Source of the DNA: an uncultured Candidatus Saccharibacteria bacterium
Lineage (GTDB): Bacteria > Patescibacteriota > Doudnabacteria > UBA920 > 2-01-FULL-46-14
Length of the DNA: 64,000 nt
Assembly (NCBI GenBank): GCA_964360335.1
Contig: CAYHVH010000002.1
Span: 804-64,803 of the forward strand
Direction of reading: 5' to 3'
The notes under the pieces are model-generated. The model was not told where the DNA came from. It worked only from the letters and a program-made list of their open reading frames with translations, and did not search any database. Each line of letters starts with the position of its first letter. Positions within the stretch are counted from its first letter, which is position 1. Positions 17,879 to 27,284 of the stretch are shown here, piece by piece. A program made the translations under genes and the position numbers.

Positions 17879-17934
17879 GTCCCGACTTGGTCGGGACGGT
17901 TGGAGGGAAAAACGCCTCTCGGGTTTTTCCCTCC
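17879..17934. terminator. Bidirectional terminator-like tandem hairpins between convergent genes
   Basis: gtcccgacttggtcgggac (8-bp stem) followed by ggagggaaaaacgcctctcgggtttttccctcc (11-bp stem with A- and T-runs), at 17902-17934. Confidence 0.55.
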
Positions 17935-17942
17935 AAGATCTG

Positions 17943-18908
17943 TTACCACCACCAAATCAGAATTGAAAGCAAAACTATCAGAATAAAAGTAAACAAGTGA
18001 TAACTGGAGTGGCTGCGTTCTATCACCGCTTCGTGTCTAGAAATGATGACGGAATCCGCCGAAAGCACCAGAAGTAAAAACACGCCAAACAGGGTAAAAA
18101 CGGTGCGGCTCAAGTTCCGCGCACTTCCCAGGAAATCAAAGACAGTCGAGCGGGCAGGTGGCGATGGTTCTGGCGCTACGAACGGCTCGGGCGCGCGTGG
18201 CGCTTTTTTTACTACGAGCGGCGGCGACTTGGCTTCTTCGCCGCTTGCCGCAGTCGTGGTCGGGGTGGAAATGGCTTCGGGAACGCTCAAGGGAGGTGGG
18301 ACTCCTGGTGCAGGAGGGGGGAGGGCCGGTGCTTCGGCCTTGACTTTGGGTTTGGGTTTCGCGGCTTCGGTCGGCGCGCCAAATAGGCTGGTAGTGAGGT
18401 TGGTATATCGCCCTTGATAATCGCCGAACAGCGCCGCCAGCCCCTGATCAAAAAAATCGGGATGCAAGAGGTTCGCTCGATGAGTGGGACTATCGATCCA
18501 GGCTTTGACTAATCCCTCGGAGGTTGCAAAATCTACTGCCAAATTTTCGCCCAGGATTTTGTACGGCGTATAACCGGCGGCGACGATTTTCGGCCAGACG
18601 TAGTTGCCATCGGGATCAACGTGAGCGAAGTAGTCGCGATCAATCATGTCTTGCGACTTCTCCGATGCCGCCGTAAGCAACGCTCGGTGGGTGAAGAGGC
18701 GAGTAAGATTGCGGTTCTCCCGCTCCTCGTTGATGAGGGACATCAAGGTTTGAGATTCGACTGCGGCGCTTTCGGCTGACAGGGCTCCCAGAAAAAGGCG
18801 CAGTAAAAGTAAGAGGATGCCGTAAATTAAAAAAGCTTTGTAGGAAAGGACGGGCGGGCGGAAATTATTCTCGGGGGAAGCTATTAAAAAACTGGCGATT
18901 TTGCCCAT
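17943..18908 (-). CDS. CAP/SCP/PR1-like (YkwD-type) domain protein with Pro/Ala-rich linker and C-terminal membrane anchor
   Basis: Central ...YFAHVDPDGNYVWPKIVAAGYTPYKILGENLAVDFATSEGLVKAWIDSPTHRANLLHPDF... matches the CAP domain. PKPKVKAEAPALPPPAPGVPPP linker. Hydrophobic N-terminus (signal/TM) and hydrophobic C-terminus. Confidence 0.7.
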   Translation of the reverse strand: MGKIASFLIASPENNFRPPVLSYKAFLIYGILLLLLRLFLGALSAESAAVESQTLMSLINEERENRNLTRLFTHRALLTAASEKSQDMIDRDYFAHVDPDGNYVWPKIVAAGYTPYKILGENLAVDFATSEGLVKAWIDSPTHRANLLHPDFFDQGLAALFGDYQGRYTNLTTSLFGAPTEAAKPKPKVKAEAPALPPPAPGVPPPLSVPEAISTPTTTAASGEEAKSPPLVVKKAPRAPEPFVAPEPSPPARSTVFDFLGSARNLSRTVFTLFGVFLLLVLSADSVIISRHEAVIERSHSSYHLFTFILIVLLSILIWWW

Positions 18909-18927
18909 AATTTGGTATAATTATAGC

Positions 18928-19293
18928 ATGGCAAGAGTGGGAATGCATCTCTGGTTGGCAGTCACAGCCGTTATTGCGGCCCTGACTGTGGGGCTATGGT
19001 TGATGAGCATGGTCAGTCCCGAGGAGGCTCAAATCTGGCAGCAAGCCGTTGTTTATGGGGCGGCATTTCTGGGAGTATTTGGGCTAGCCACACTTTTAGG
19101 ATATCTTGTGCGTGCGATTTTTTGGCCGGGCGGCCTCCGGTACGAGCACTTGAAATCTTCGAGGCGGCAAGGCATACTCTTGGGCTTTCTGGCCGTGGTT
19201 TCCCTCATTCTCCAAGCGGCCGCCATTTTTAACAGCGGCACGGCCCTGCTGCTCCTGATAATTTTTGGGCTTTTGGAACTTTATGTCCAATAA
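18928..19293 (+). CDS. Small membrane protein, hypothetical (likely leaderless)
   Basis: Extended -10 (TGgTATAAT at 18913-18921) lies 6 nt upstream of the ATG at 18928. The track start is TTG at 18901. 3-4 hydrophobic helices. Confidence 0.5.
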   Translation: MARVGMHLWLAVTAVIAALTVGLWLMSMVSPEEAQIWQQAVVYGAAFLGVFGLATLLGYLVRAIFWPGGLRYEHLKSSRRQGILLGFLAVVSLILQAAAIFNSGTALLLLIIFGLLELYVQ

Positions 19294-19414
19294 AGCAAGC
19301 CTCGGTGACCTAAAGAGGACGGCATTAAAAGAGCTTGATGCGGCAACCAGCTTATCGGCCCTGTTTCTGGTGGAAAAAAGATATTTAGGATATAAAGGAC
19401 GCTTGACCGATTAA
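19283..19414 (+). pseudogene. pheS: Detached 5' segment of pheS (43 codons) ending in a stop
   Basis: Translation is MSNKASLGDLKRTALKELDAATSLSALFLVEKRYLGYKGRLTD*. The RYLGxKGxLT motif matches the conserved N-terminal region of PheS (compare E. coli VEYLGKKGHLT). Confidence 0.5.
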
Positions 19415-19435
19415 GAACGTTAAGCCAATTTTGAC

Positions 19436-20491
19436 ATGGCCGAAAACGACCAACAGAGATCAGACCAAGAGCCTAAGGACGAAGATTTGGAATTTATTGT
19501 CATGCCCCAGGGTGAAGGGCTGGCCGTAGGAAACTCTCTTCCCTCAAAGGCCGAGCCCGGTGCGCGGAGCAAGCCGTCCTTCAAAGTCTGGTTAGTGCTC
19601 CTCGTCCTGCTGCTGGTTTTGCTTGGTGGTTTGGTTTACTGGCGCTATCCGGATGTTCTAGAGCGACTTAATTTCGGCAAGCAGGGACCCGCGTCCTTGC
19701 CGGAGTTGAGCTTGCCTGCCGGGGAAGAGGAACGAGTCGATTCCGACAAGGACGGGCTTACCGACAAGGAGGAATTTGATCTGGCCCTTAATCCGCAAAA
19801 GGCCGACAGTGACGATGACGGCCTGGCAGACAGCGATGAAATCAAGATTTATGGCTCGGACCCGCTGCTTCTGGATACGGACAATGACGGGTTTGACGAC
19901 GGCCGCGAAGTAGCCCTAGGTTACAGTCCTGTAAGCCCGTCCCCAGAGAAAGCCGGTGCCGAGGAACTTCAGCTTTGGACCGAGCGGATTCGCGTGCAGG
20001 GTTTGCATGAACCAACCAAAACCACCTTGGCGCTCAAGAGTTTTGACTCGGACCAGCCGGAGTCGGCCTATGTCAACAGCCAATACGGATATCGGTTGGT
20101 TTTACCCGCGGCCTTGACCTACCGCGAAGCTCAAGGTCAGGGCCTTGTTGGATTTTATGTAGCGGGCACCACCCCGGCCGACAGCGACCCCGCCACAGAC
20201 CCAATCAGCATCAATGTGGCTGTAAAAACGGGAAGCCAAACCTTGGAGGATTGGCTCAAGGACTTCCACCAGCCGGCAGACTATGGAAAAGCGGAAAATC
20301 TGGCAGTGAACAACCTCCAGGCGATACGCCTCCGCGGCCTCAAAACCGAAACCTGTCCCCAGGATAAGACTTTCTTCCTGAGACCAGAGCAAAGCGGAAC
20401 GGTGATTGTCTTGACTTGGACCTGCAATGAAAACACGGCATATAGCCCGATATATGAACAAATTATTACGAGTTTTGAGTTCGTGCAATGA
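19436..20491 (+). CDS. Membrane-anchored protein with thrombospondin-type-3-like Ca-binding Asp repeats
   Basis: Single TM (VWLVLLVLLLVLLGGLVYW), then DSDKDGLTDKEE / DSDDDGLADSDE / DTDNDGFDDGRE repeats (the DxDxDG calcium-binding motif). Confidence 0.7.
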   Translation: MAENDQQRSDQEPKDEDLEFIVMPQGEGLAVGNSLPSKAEPGARSKPSFKVWLVLLVLLLVLLGGLVYWRYPDVLERLNFGKQGPASLPELSLPAGEEERVDSDKDGLTDKEEFDLALNPQKADSDDDGLADSDEIKIYGSDPLLLDTDNDGFDDGREVALGYSPVSPSPEKAGAEELQLWTERIRVQGLHEPTKTTLALKSFDSDQPESAYVNSQYGYRLVLPAALTYREAQGQGLVGFYVAGTTPADSDPATDPISINVAVKTGSQTLEDWLKDFHQPADYGKAENLAVNNLQAIRLRGLKTETCPQDKTFFLRPEQSGTVIVLTWTCNENTAYSPIYEQIITSFEFVQ

Positions 20492-21669
20492 GTAGCATTT
20501 TGTCCACTGATAAAACTTTGCGCGACCATCAGCACATCAAAGTCCAATCGGCTCAAGAAACGCGTCTGAAACAGGAGCTTCAGAGTCGGACCGACGCGGA
20601 AAGCCAGAGGATAGAGCGTTATTTGGCCATGCCCGACTTATCACGTACTGAAGGCAGCCCGCTTCGGGAACTAGTAAAGCGGATAGTTAATCTGCCCGAT
20701 TTTAAGGATTTTGATGTTATCCAGGTCCCCGAGATCGTGCCCGCGGACATTAGTTTTGATTTATTTGATTTTCCGAAAGACCATCCAGCCAGATCAAAAT
20801 CTGATACCTATTACGCGGACTCAAACCACATTCTACGCACGCATACAACTGTGATGTGGTATTACTATCTCAAGCACCCCGCTATTAAAAGACGAATTGC
20901 GAATGGGGAAGCGGTTGGTTCATTCTGCTATGGCAAAGTCTATCGCAAAGATGAAATTGACCGGCATCACATGAATGTATTTCACAATATGGACGGCTGG
21001 TATCTTATCCCAAAGGACCAAAAAATAATTACCAGCCAGGACTTACAGGATGTTCTCGCGATAATTGCCAAATCGAATTTTGGTCTACGGGTAAAATATC
21101 GATTCAACGAAGATACCTTTCCATACACTGTCCCATCATTGGAAATGGAAATCGATAAAGGGGATGGCAAGTGGCTTGAAGTAGTCGGCGCTGGTATTGT
21201 AAAAGGGAGTGTGCTGGACAAATTAGGCGTCGATTCTGCGGAATACAATGGCTGGGCGTTTGGATTTGGATTGGAACGTTTGGCGATGATTAGCATGGAG
21301 CTGCCTGATATTCGGCTGTTTTGGTCCCAGGACGGACGCGTTAAAAAGCAGCTTGTCCTTGGAAACAAATTTAGGGAAGTTTCGAAATTTCCGTCGATCA
21401 CGCGCGATATTTCATTTATCGTTGATAAGAGTTTTGTTCCTAATGATTACTTTGATCTAATACGCGATATTGGCGGAGATCTGGTGGAGGAGGTTCGACT
21501 TTTGGACAAATACGAAGACCTGGAGAAGTTTGGACGAGATAAGGTGAGTTACACTTACCGGGTGGTGTACCGCAGTCCTCAAAGAACCCTGACCGCGGAG
21601 GAAGTAGAAAAGCTGCAAAGCAGACTTTATCAGCAAACAAAGATGCAGTATAAAGCCGACCTGAGATGA
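20488..21669 (+). CDS. pheS: Phenylalanine--tRNA ligase alpha subunit, catalytic portion
   Basis: Class II aaRS motifs: FPKDHPAR (motif 1), GKVYRKDEIDRHHMNVFHNMDG (motif 2), GWAFGFGLERLAM (motif 3). It lacks the N-terminal YLGKKG segment, which lies 1 kb upstream at 19283-19414. No pheT follows. Confidence 0.85.
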   Translation: MSSILSTDKTLRDHQHIKVQSAQETRLKQELQSRTDAESQRIERYLAMPDLSRTEGSPLRELVKRIVNLPDFKDFDVIQVPEIVPADISFDLFDFPKDHPARSKSDTYYADSNHILRTHTTVMWYYYLKHPAIKRRIANGEAVGSFCYGKVYRKDEIDRHHMNVFHNMDGWYLIPKDQKIITSQDLQDVLAIIAKSNFGLRVKYRFNEDTFPYTVPSLEMEIDKGDGKWLEVVGAGIVKGSVLDKLGVDSAEYNGWAFGFGLERLAMISMELPDIRLFWSQDGRVKKQLVLGNKFREVSKFPSITRDISFIVDKSFVPNDYFDLIRDIGGDLVEEVRLLDKYEDLEKFGRDKVSYTYRVVYRSPQRTLTAEEVEKLQSRLYQQTKMQYKADLR

Positions 21670-21677
21670 TATGCTAA

Positions 21678-23792
<2,115 letters not shown>

Positions 23793-23816
23793 TCGACTGT
23801 TCAATAATCAAAACGC

Positions 23817-24527
23817 ATGATACGGGGAATCGCTTTTGATCTTGAGGGCCCGATTATTAATGTGGAGTCTATTCACTTCGAAGCTTTTGTACGTGCTGCA
23901 AAAGGATTGGGTATCGATATAACGTTCGAACGAATTGTTCAAGCAATCCCTAATGCGATTGGCGGTGGAGATAAAGTTATATCAGAGGGGATCTCTAAGA
24001 TGGCTGGGGGGCGCGTCTCTGCCGAGGACGTTCATGACCGCAAACGGCAGGTGTACGATGAGCTTATAGAGACGGAAACAATCACGATGCGCGATGGTTT
24101 CAAAGAGGTTCTGGATTATTTTACACAGCAAAAGATTCCTATCTCCATAGGCTCTCTGACTCCCGTGAACCAAGCTCGTTTATTGCTGGAGAGATCCGGA
24201 CTCGACAGGTTTATTCCCCCAGAAAAAATCGTGCTCCAAGATGCGGTAAGAAATTTGAAGCCCGCACCCGATGTGTTCCTCGAGACCGCTCGTCGCATGA
24301 GGATTTCTCCTACAGAGCAATTAATTTTCGAGGATTCTGTACCCGGAGTACTGGCAGCTCGCGCGGCTCACTCGCTCGTTATTGCGGTTCCGGTTTACGC
24401 CTTTTCTGAAAATTTACTACAAATAGTCGAAGCCGGTGCGAATAGGGTTTTTGTGGATTGGAAGGAAATGAACATTGATCAGGTTTTCCGTAATCTCCAA
24501 AAAGACTCCGCAACATATTCCTCATGA
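23817..24527 (+). CDS. HAD-superfamily phosphatase (subfamily IA-like)
   Basis: N-terminal IAFDLEGPI (DxD-type motif I), ..SIGSLTP.., FEDSVPGVLAARAA (motif IV region). 236 aa. Confidence 0.75.
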   Translation: MIRGIAFDLEGPIINVESIHFEAFVRAAKGLGIDITFERIVQAIPNAIGGGDKVISEGISKMAGGRVSAEDVHDRKRQVYDELIETETITMRDGFKEVLDYFTQQKIPISIGSLTPVNQARLLLERSGLDRFIPPEKIVLQDAVRNLKPAPDVFLETARRMRISPTEQLIFEDSVPGVLAARAAHSLVIAVPVYAFSENLLQIVEAGANRVFVDWKEMNIDQVFRNLQKDSATYSS

Positions 24528-24572
24528 ATAAATTTGTTTTGGTAATGCTTTAATATTAATGTATCTGCGTAC

Positions 24573-25532
24573 ATGAAAAAAACGGTGAATGTTGGGGGCA
24601 TTCCGGTCGGGGCGGATTATCCAGCTCTGGTTATAGGAGAGATAGGTATAAACGCCAATGGCGTTATGGATATCGCAATGAAGCTGATTGATGTTGCCGC
24701 AGATGTTGGGTGTGGTGCCGTCAAGTTCCAAAAGCGCGATATTAATAAAGTTTTCTCAGCAGACGCGCTGGCGAAATCCTGGGCAGGGGGGATGCCCGCA
24801 GAGTTGCTCCAAAACGCAATTGCCAGAGGAGTTCTTCAGGAAGAGAATGTAAGACGTTTACGGGCAACGAATTTCTCGGATGTTACAGAAGGCGATTTCA
24901 GATGGACGATCGAGTTTACGGAGGAAGAGTTCAAACAAATTGACGCATACTGTAAAAAGAAGGAGATTATATGGTACGCCTCTCCCTGGGATATGGAGAG
25001 TGTGGACGTACTTGAGCGGCTCGGGGTACCATGTTACAAGGTCGCGTCTGCATCGATCTCGGATCATCCGCTTTTGAAGCATATCCGGTCAAAAGGTAAG
25101 CCCGTTATCCTTGCAACCGGGATTAGCGAGATGAACGAGGTAGATGCCGCGGTGGATATTCTGGGCAGAGAGAACCTTATTATTCTACATTGTGTTTCCA
25201 CTTATCCGTCCGAAGACTCTGAGCTGAATCTCCGCGTCATTCATACTCTACAGAATCGCTTTCCCGGTGTTCCCGTCGGCTACAGTGGACACGAGCGGGG
25301 TGTAGCGACATCAGTGGCGGCAGTGGCCCTTGGTGCCTGCATGGTTGAGCGGCATATTACGCTTGATCGCGGAATGTATGGCCCTGATCAGGCAGCTAGT
25401 GTCGATCCAGAAAACCTCCGAATAATGGTCCGCGATATTCGGAGTGTTGAGGCCGCGCTTGGTGATGGTGTGAAACGTTTTCTCGATAGGGAGCGCCCCG
25501 TCAGAAAAATGTTGGAGACCCGCTCTTCCTAA
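24573..25532 (+). CDS. NeuB-family PEP-dependent ulosonic/nonulosonic acid synthase (TIM-barrel part; no C-terminal SAF domain)
   Basis: ALVIGEIGINANGVMDIAMKLIDVAADVGCGAVKFQKR and ILHCVSTYPS...GYSGHERG match NeuB/SpsE. 319 aa, ending before the usual antifreeze-like (SAF) domain. Confidence 0.8.
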   Translation: MKKTVNVGGIPVGADYPALVIGEIGINANGVMDIAMKLIDVAADVGCGAVKFQKRDINKVFSADALAKSWAGGMPAELLQNAIARGVLQEENVRRLRATNFSDVTEGDFRWTIEFTEEEFKQIDAYCKKKEIIWYASPWDMESVDVLERLGVPCYKVASASISDHPLLKHIRSKGKPVILATGISEMNEVDAAVDILGRENLIILHCVSTYPSEDSELNLRVIHTLQNRFPGVPVGYSGHERGVATSVAAVALGACMVERHITLDRGMYGPDQAASVDPENLRIMVRDIRSVEAALGDGVKRFLDRERPVRKMLETRSS

Positions 25533-25555
25533 GTATGTCGTTAGGTAAGTAAGGG

Positions 25556-25651
25556 TCGGACATCTTCGAGACCCTGATGGGCGACGAAGTCGGCCCGCGG
25601 AAGAAATTCATTCAAACGCACGCCAAAACCGTTAAGAATTTGGATATTTAG
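25556..25651 (+). repeat. Second copy of the gyrB 3' end (last ~96 bp including the stop)
   Basis: 25576-25651 is 76/76 identical to 23717-23792. The preceding 20 nt differ only at synonymous codon positions ([10 protein letters not shown] versus [10 protein letters not shown]). Confidence 0.85.
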
Positions 25652-25721
25652 CTCGATTTTTATCGGGTAGCCAGAATAAAATCGTCCCCGAGGCGGTTTT
25701 TTTAGATTCTTATCAATTAAT

Positions 25722-25790
25722 AAAAAGGCCTTTCAAAAGGCCGATAAAGCGGCGCGCTACCGAAGCGTAGCTTGCCTATTAATAGGCATA
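25722..25790 (+). repeat. Structured tandem repeat unit 1 upstream of secE
   Basis: ggcctttcaaaaggcc hairpin, then gataaagcggcgcgctaccgaagcgtagc (stem gctac/gtagc), then the palindrome gcctattaataggc. A TTGCCT ... TATAAA promoter-like spacing overlaps it. Confidence 0.6.
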
Positions 25791-25842
25791 ACTTATAAAC
25801 TTGCATTATTCCGAGCGTTCTCGTACAATGAGCTTAAGTTAA

Positions 25843-25930
25843 AAGAAAGGCCGCGAAAGGCCTTTTAAAAAAGGGAAAAAGGCCGATAAAGCGGCGCGCT
25901 ACAGAGGTAGCTTGCCCATTTATGGGCATA
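25843..25930 (+). repeat. Structured tandem repeat unit 2 upstream of secE
   Basis: aaaggccgcgaaaggcctttt hairpin, then gataaagcggcgcgctacagaggtagc (same stem, different loop), then the palindrome gcccatttatgggc. Second copy of unit 1 with compensatory loop changes. Confidence 0.6.
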
Positions 25931-25935
25931 AGGAA

Positions 25936-26118
25936 ATGGGCAGAATTATCCAATTCTTGAAGGACGTCAGGGTTGAGCTAGCTAAGGTTGTCTGGCCGAC
26001 CCGTAAAGAGGCGTTGAAGATAACAGGCATTGTTATCCTATTTTCGGTTTTTGTCGCCCTGTTTCTTGGAGCGATCGACTACGGCCTGACGAGACTAATT
26101 AGTTTGCTTTTGAAGTAG
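25936..26118 (+). CDS. secE: Preprotein translocase subunit SecE
   Basis: 61 aa, MGRIIQFLKDVRVELAKVVWPTRKEALKITGIVILFSVFVALFLGAIDYGL. Sits immediately before nusG. The track uses an upstream TTG at 25912. Confidence 0.75.
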   Translation: MGRIIQFLKDVRVELAKVVWPTRKEALKITGIVILFSVFVALFLGAIDYGLTRLISLLLK

Positions 26119-26119
26119 C

Positions 26120-26665
26120 ATGCCCAGGCAAATCTCGACCGGCGAAACCCATTGGTACGTGCTCCATACTTACTCGGGGTATGAGGACTCGGTCGTCCAT
26201 AATTTAAAACAGAGAATCGAGTCCATGGGAATGGAGGACAAAATTTTTGAAGTTATCGTACCGAAGGAGAAAAAAATCAAAATCCGGGAGGGCAAACGGC
26301 TGACTGTCGAGGAGAAAATTTTTCCCGGATATGTTTTGGTCAACATGATTGTCACTGATGATTCCTGGTACGTGGTCAGGAACACCCCGAATGTTACCGG
26401 GTTCGTCGGTTCCGGCACCATCCCCAGCCCCATCTCGGACGAAGAGGTCAAAGTCATCCAGAAACGCATGGGGATGGAAGAGCCGAAATACAAGATCGAG
26501 TTTGTGGTCAATGACCTGGTGAGGATTACCGATGGGCCTTTCAAGAGCTATGAGGGTAAGGTCTCGGAGATTGACGAGGCGAAAGGGAAAATTAAAGTAC
26601 TGGTGTCCATTTTTGGCCGGGAAACCCCCGTAGAACTGGACTTCTTGCAGGCGAAGAAACTATGA
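26120..26665 (+). CDS. nusG: Transcription termination/antitermination factor NusG
   Basis: NGN domain (WYVLHTYSGYE...VPKEK...FPGYVLV) and KOW (GKVSEIDEAKGKIKVLVSIFGRETPVEL). Confidence 0.9.
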   Translation: MPRQISTGETHWYVLHTYSGYEDSVVHNLKQRIESMGMEDKIFEVIVPKEKKIKIREGKRLTVEEKIFPGYVLVNMIVTDDSWYVVRNTPNVTGFVGSGTIPSPISDEEVKVIQKRMGMEEPKYKIEFVVNDLVRITDGPFKSYEGKVSEIDEAKGKIKVLVSIFGRETPVELDFLQAKKL

Positions 26666-26671
26666 TTATTA

Positions 26672-26836
26672 AGTAGTCCCTCGACTTCGCTCATCCTTCG
26701 GCAAGCTCAGGATGACCTTGAGCCAGCCGAAACGGTCAGGACATTCGACTTCTTTCAACAAGAGGTCGAGGTCCTGCGGTAAGCAGGAACGAGACCATGA
26801 GCGAAGCGAGGAGGCGTTAGCGAGGAACGAAGTCGA
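26672..26836 (+). promoter_or_regulatory. Structured 5' leader element shared by rplK and rpmA (copy E1)
   Basis: About 165 nt, ending ...gaacgaagtcgaATGgc at the rplK start. Segment 26742-26752 (cattcgacttc) is the perfect complement of 26829-26839 (gaagtcgaATG). cctcgacttcgctc pairs with gagcgaagcgagg. Confidence 0.5.
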
Positions 26837-27262
26837 ATGGCAAAAAAAGTCAAAATTACTCTCAAGCTACAAATTACCGCAGGCAAAGCCAGTCCCGCGC
26901 CGCCCATCGGCCCGGCCTTGGGCCAGCACGGGATTAACATCATGGATTTTTGCAATAAATTCAACGAGAAAACCCGTGACAAAGCCGACTCCGTGATCCC
27001 CGTACTGATTACCATCTACGAGGATCGGAGTTTCGATTTTATCCTCAAAACTCCACCAGTTTCGGACTTGATTAAAAAGGCTCTCAAAATAGAAAAGGGC
27101 TCGGGTAATCCCCTCAAGGCCAAAGTCGGGAAGTTGACCCGGGCGCAATTGCGGGAAATTGCCGAAGCCAAGCGGCAGGACCTCAATGCCAGCACCATTG
27201 AAGCCGCGGAAAAAATCGTAGCCGGCACGGCCCGGAGCATGGGTGTCGAGATAGAGCAGTAG
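26837..27262 (+). CDS. rplK: 50S ribosomal protein L11
   Basis: [43 protein letters not shown]... is canonical L11. Confidence 0.95.
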   Translation: MAKKVKITLKLQITAGKASPAPPIGPALGQHGINIMDFCNKFNEKTRDKADSVIPVLITIYEDRSFDFILKTPPVSDLIKKALKIEKGSGNPLKAKVGKLTRAQLREIAEAKRQDLNASTIEAAEKIVAGTARSMGVEIEQ

Positions 27263-27284
27263 AATTTCTAATTTCTAATGTCTA

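Noticed and set aside
25650-25940. Possible tRNA (for example tRNA-Trp) between the cassette and secE
   Set aside because: No 7-bp acceptor stem, GTTCRANYC T-loop or CCA-proximal structure could be found by eye. The region is instead a tandem duplicated hairpin unit. Left as a finding to be checked with tRNAscan-SE.
26712-26996. 94-aa ORF spanning the rplK leader and the 5' part of rplK
   Set aside because: It overlaps the conserved structured leader and the rplK coding frame, and is Arg/Ser-rich with no motifs. The region is better explained as a non-coding leader.
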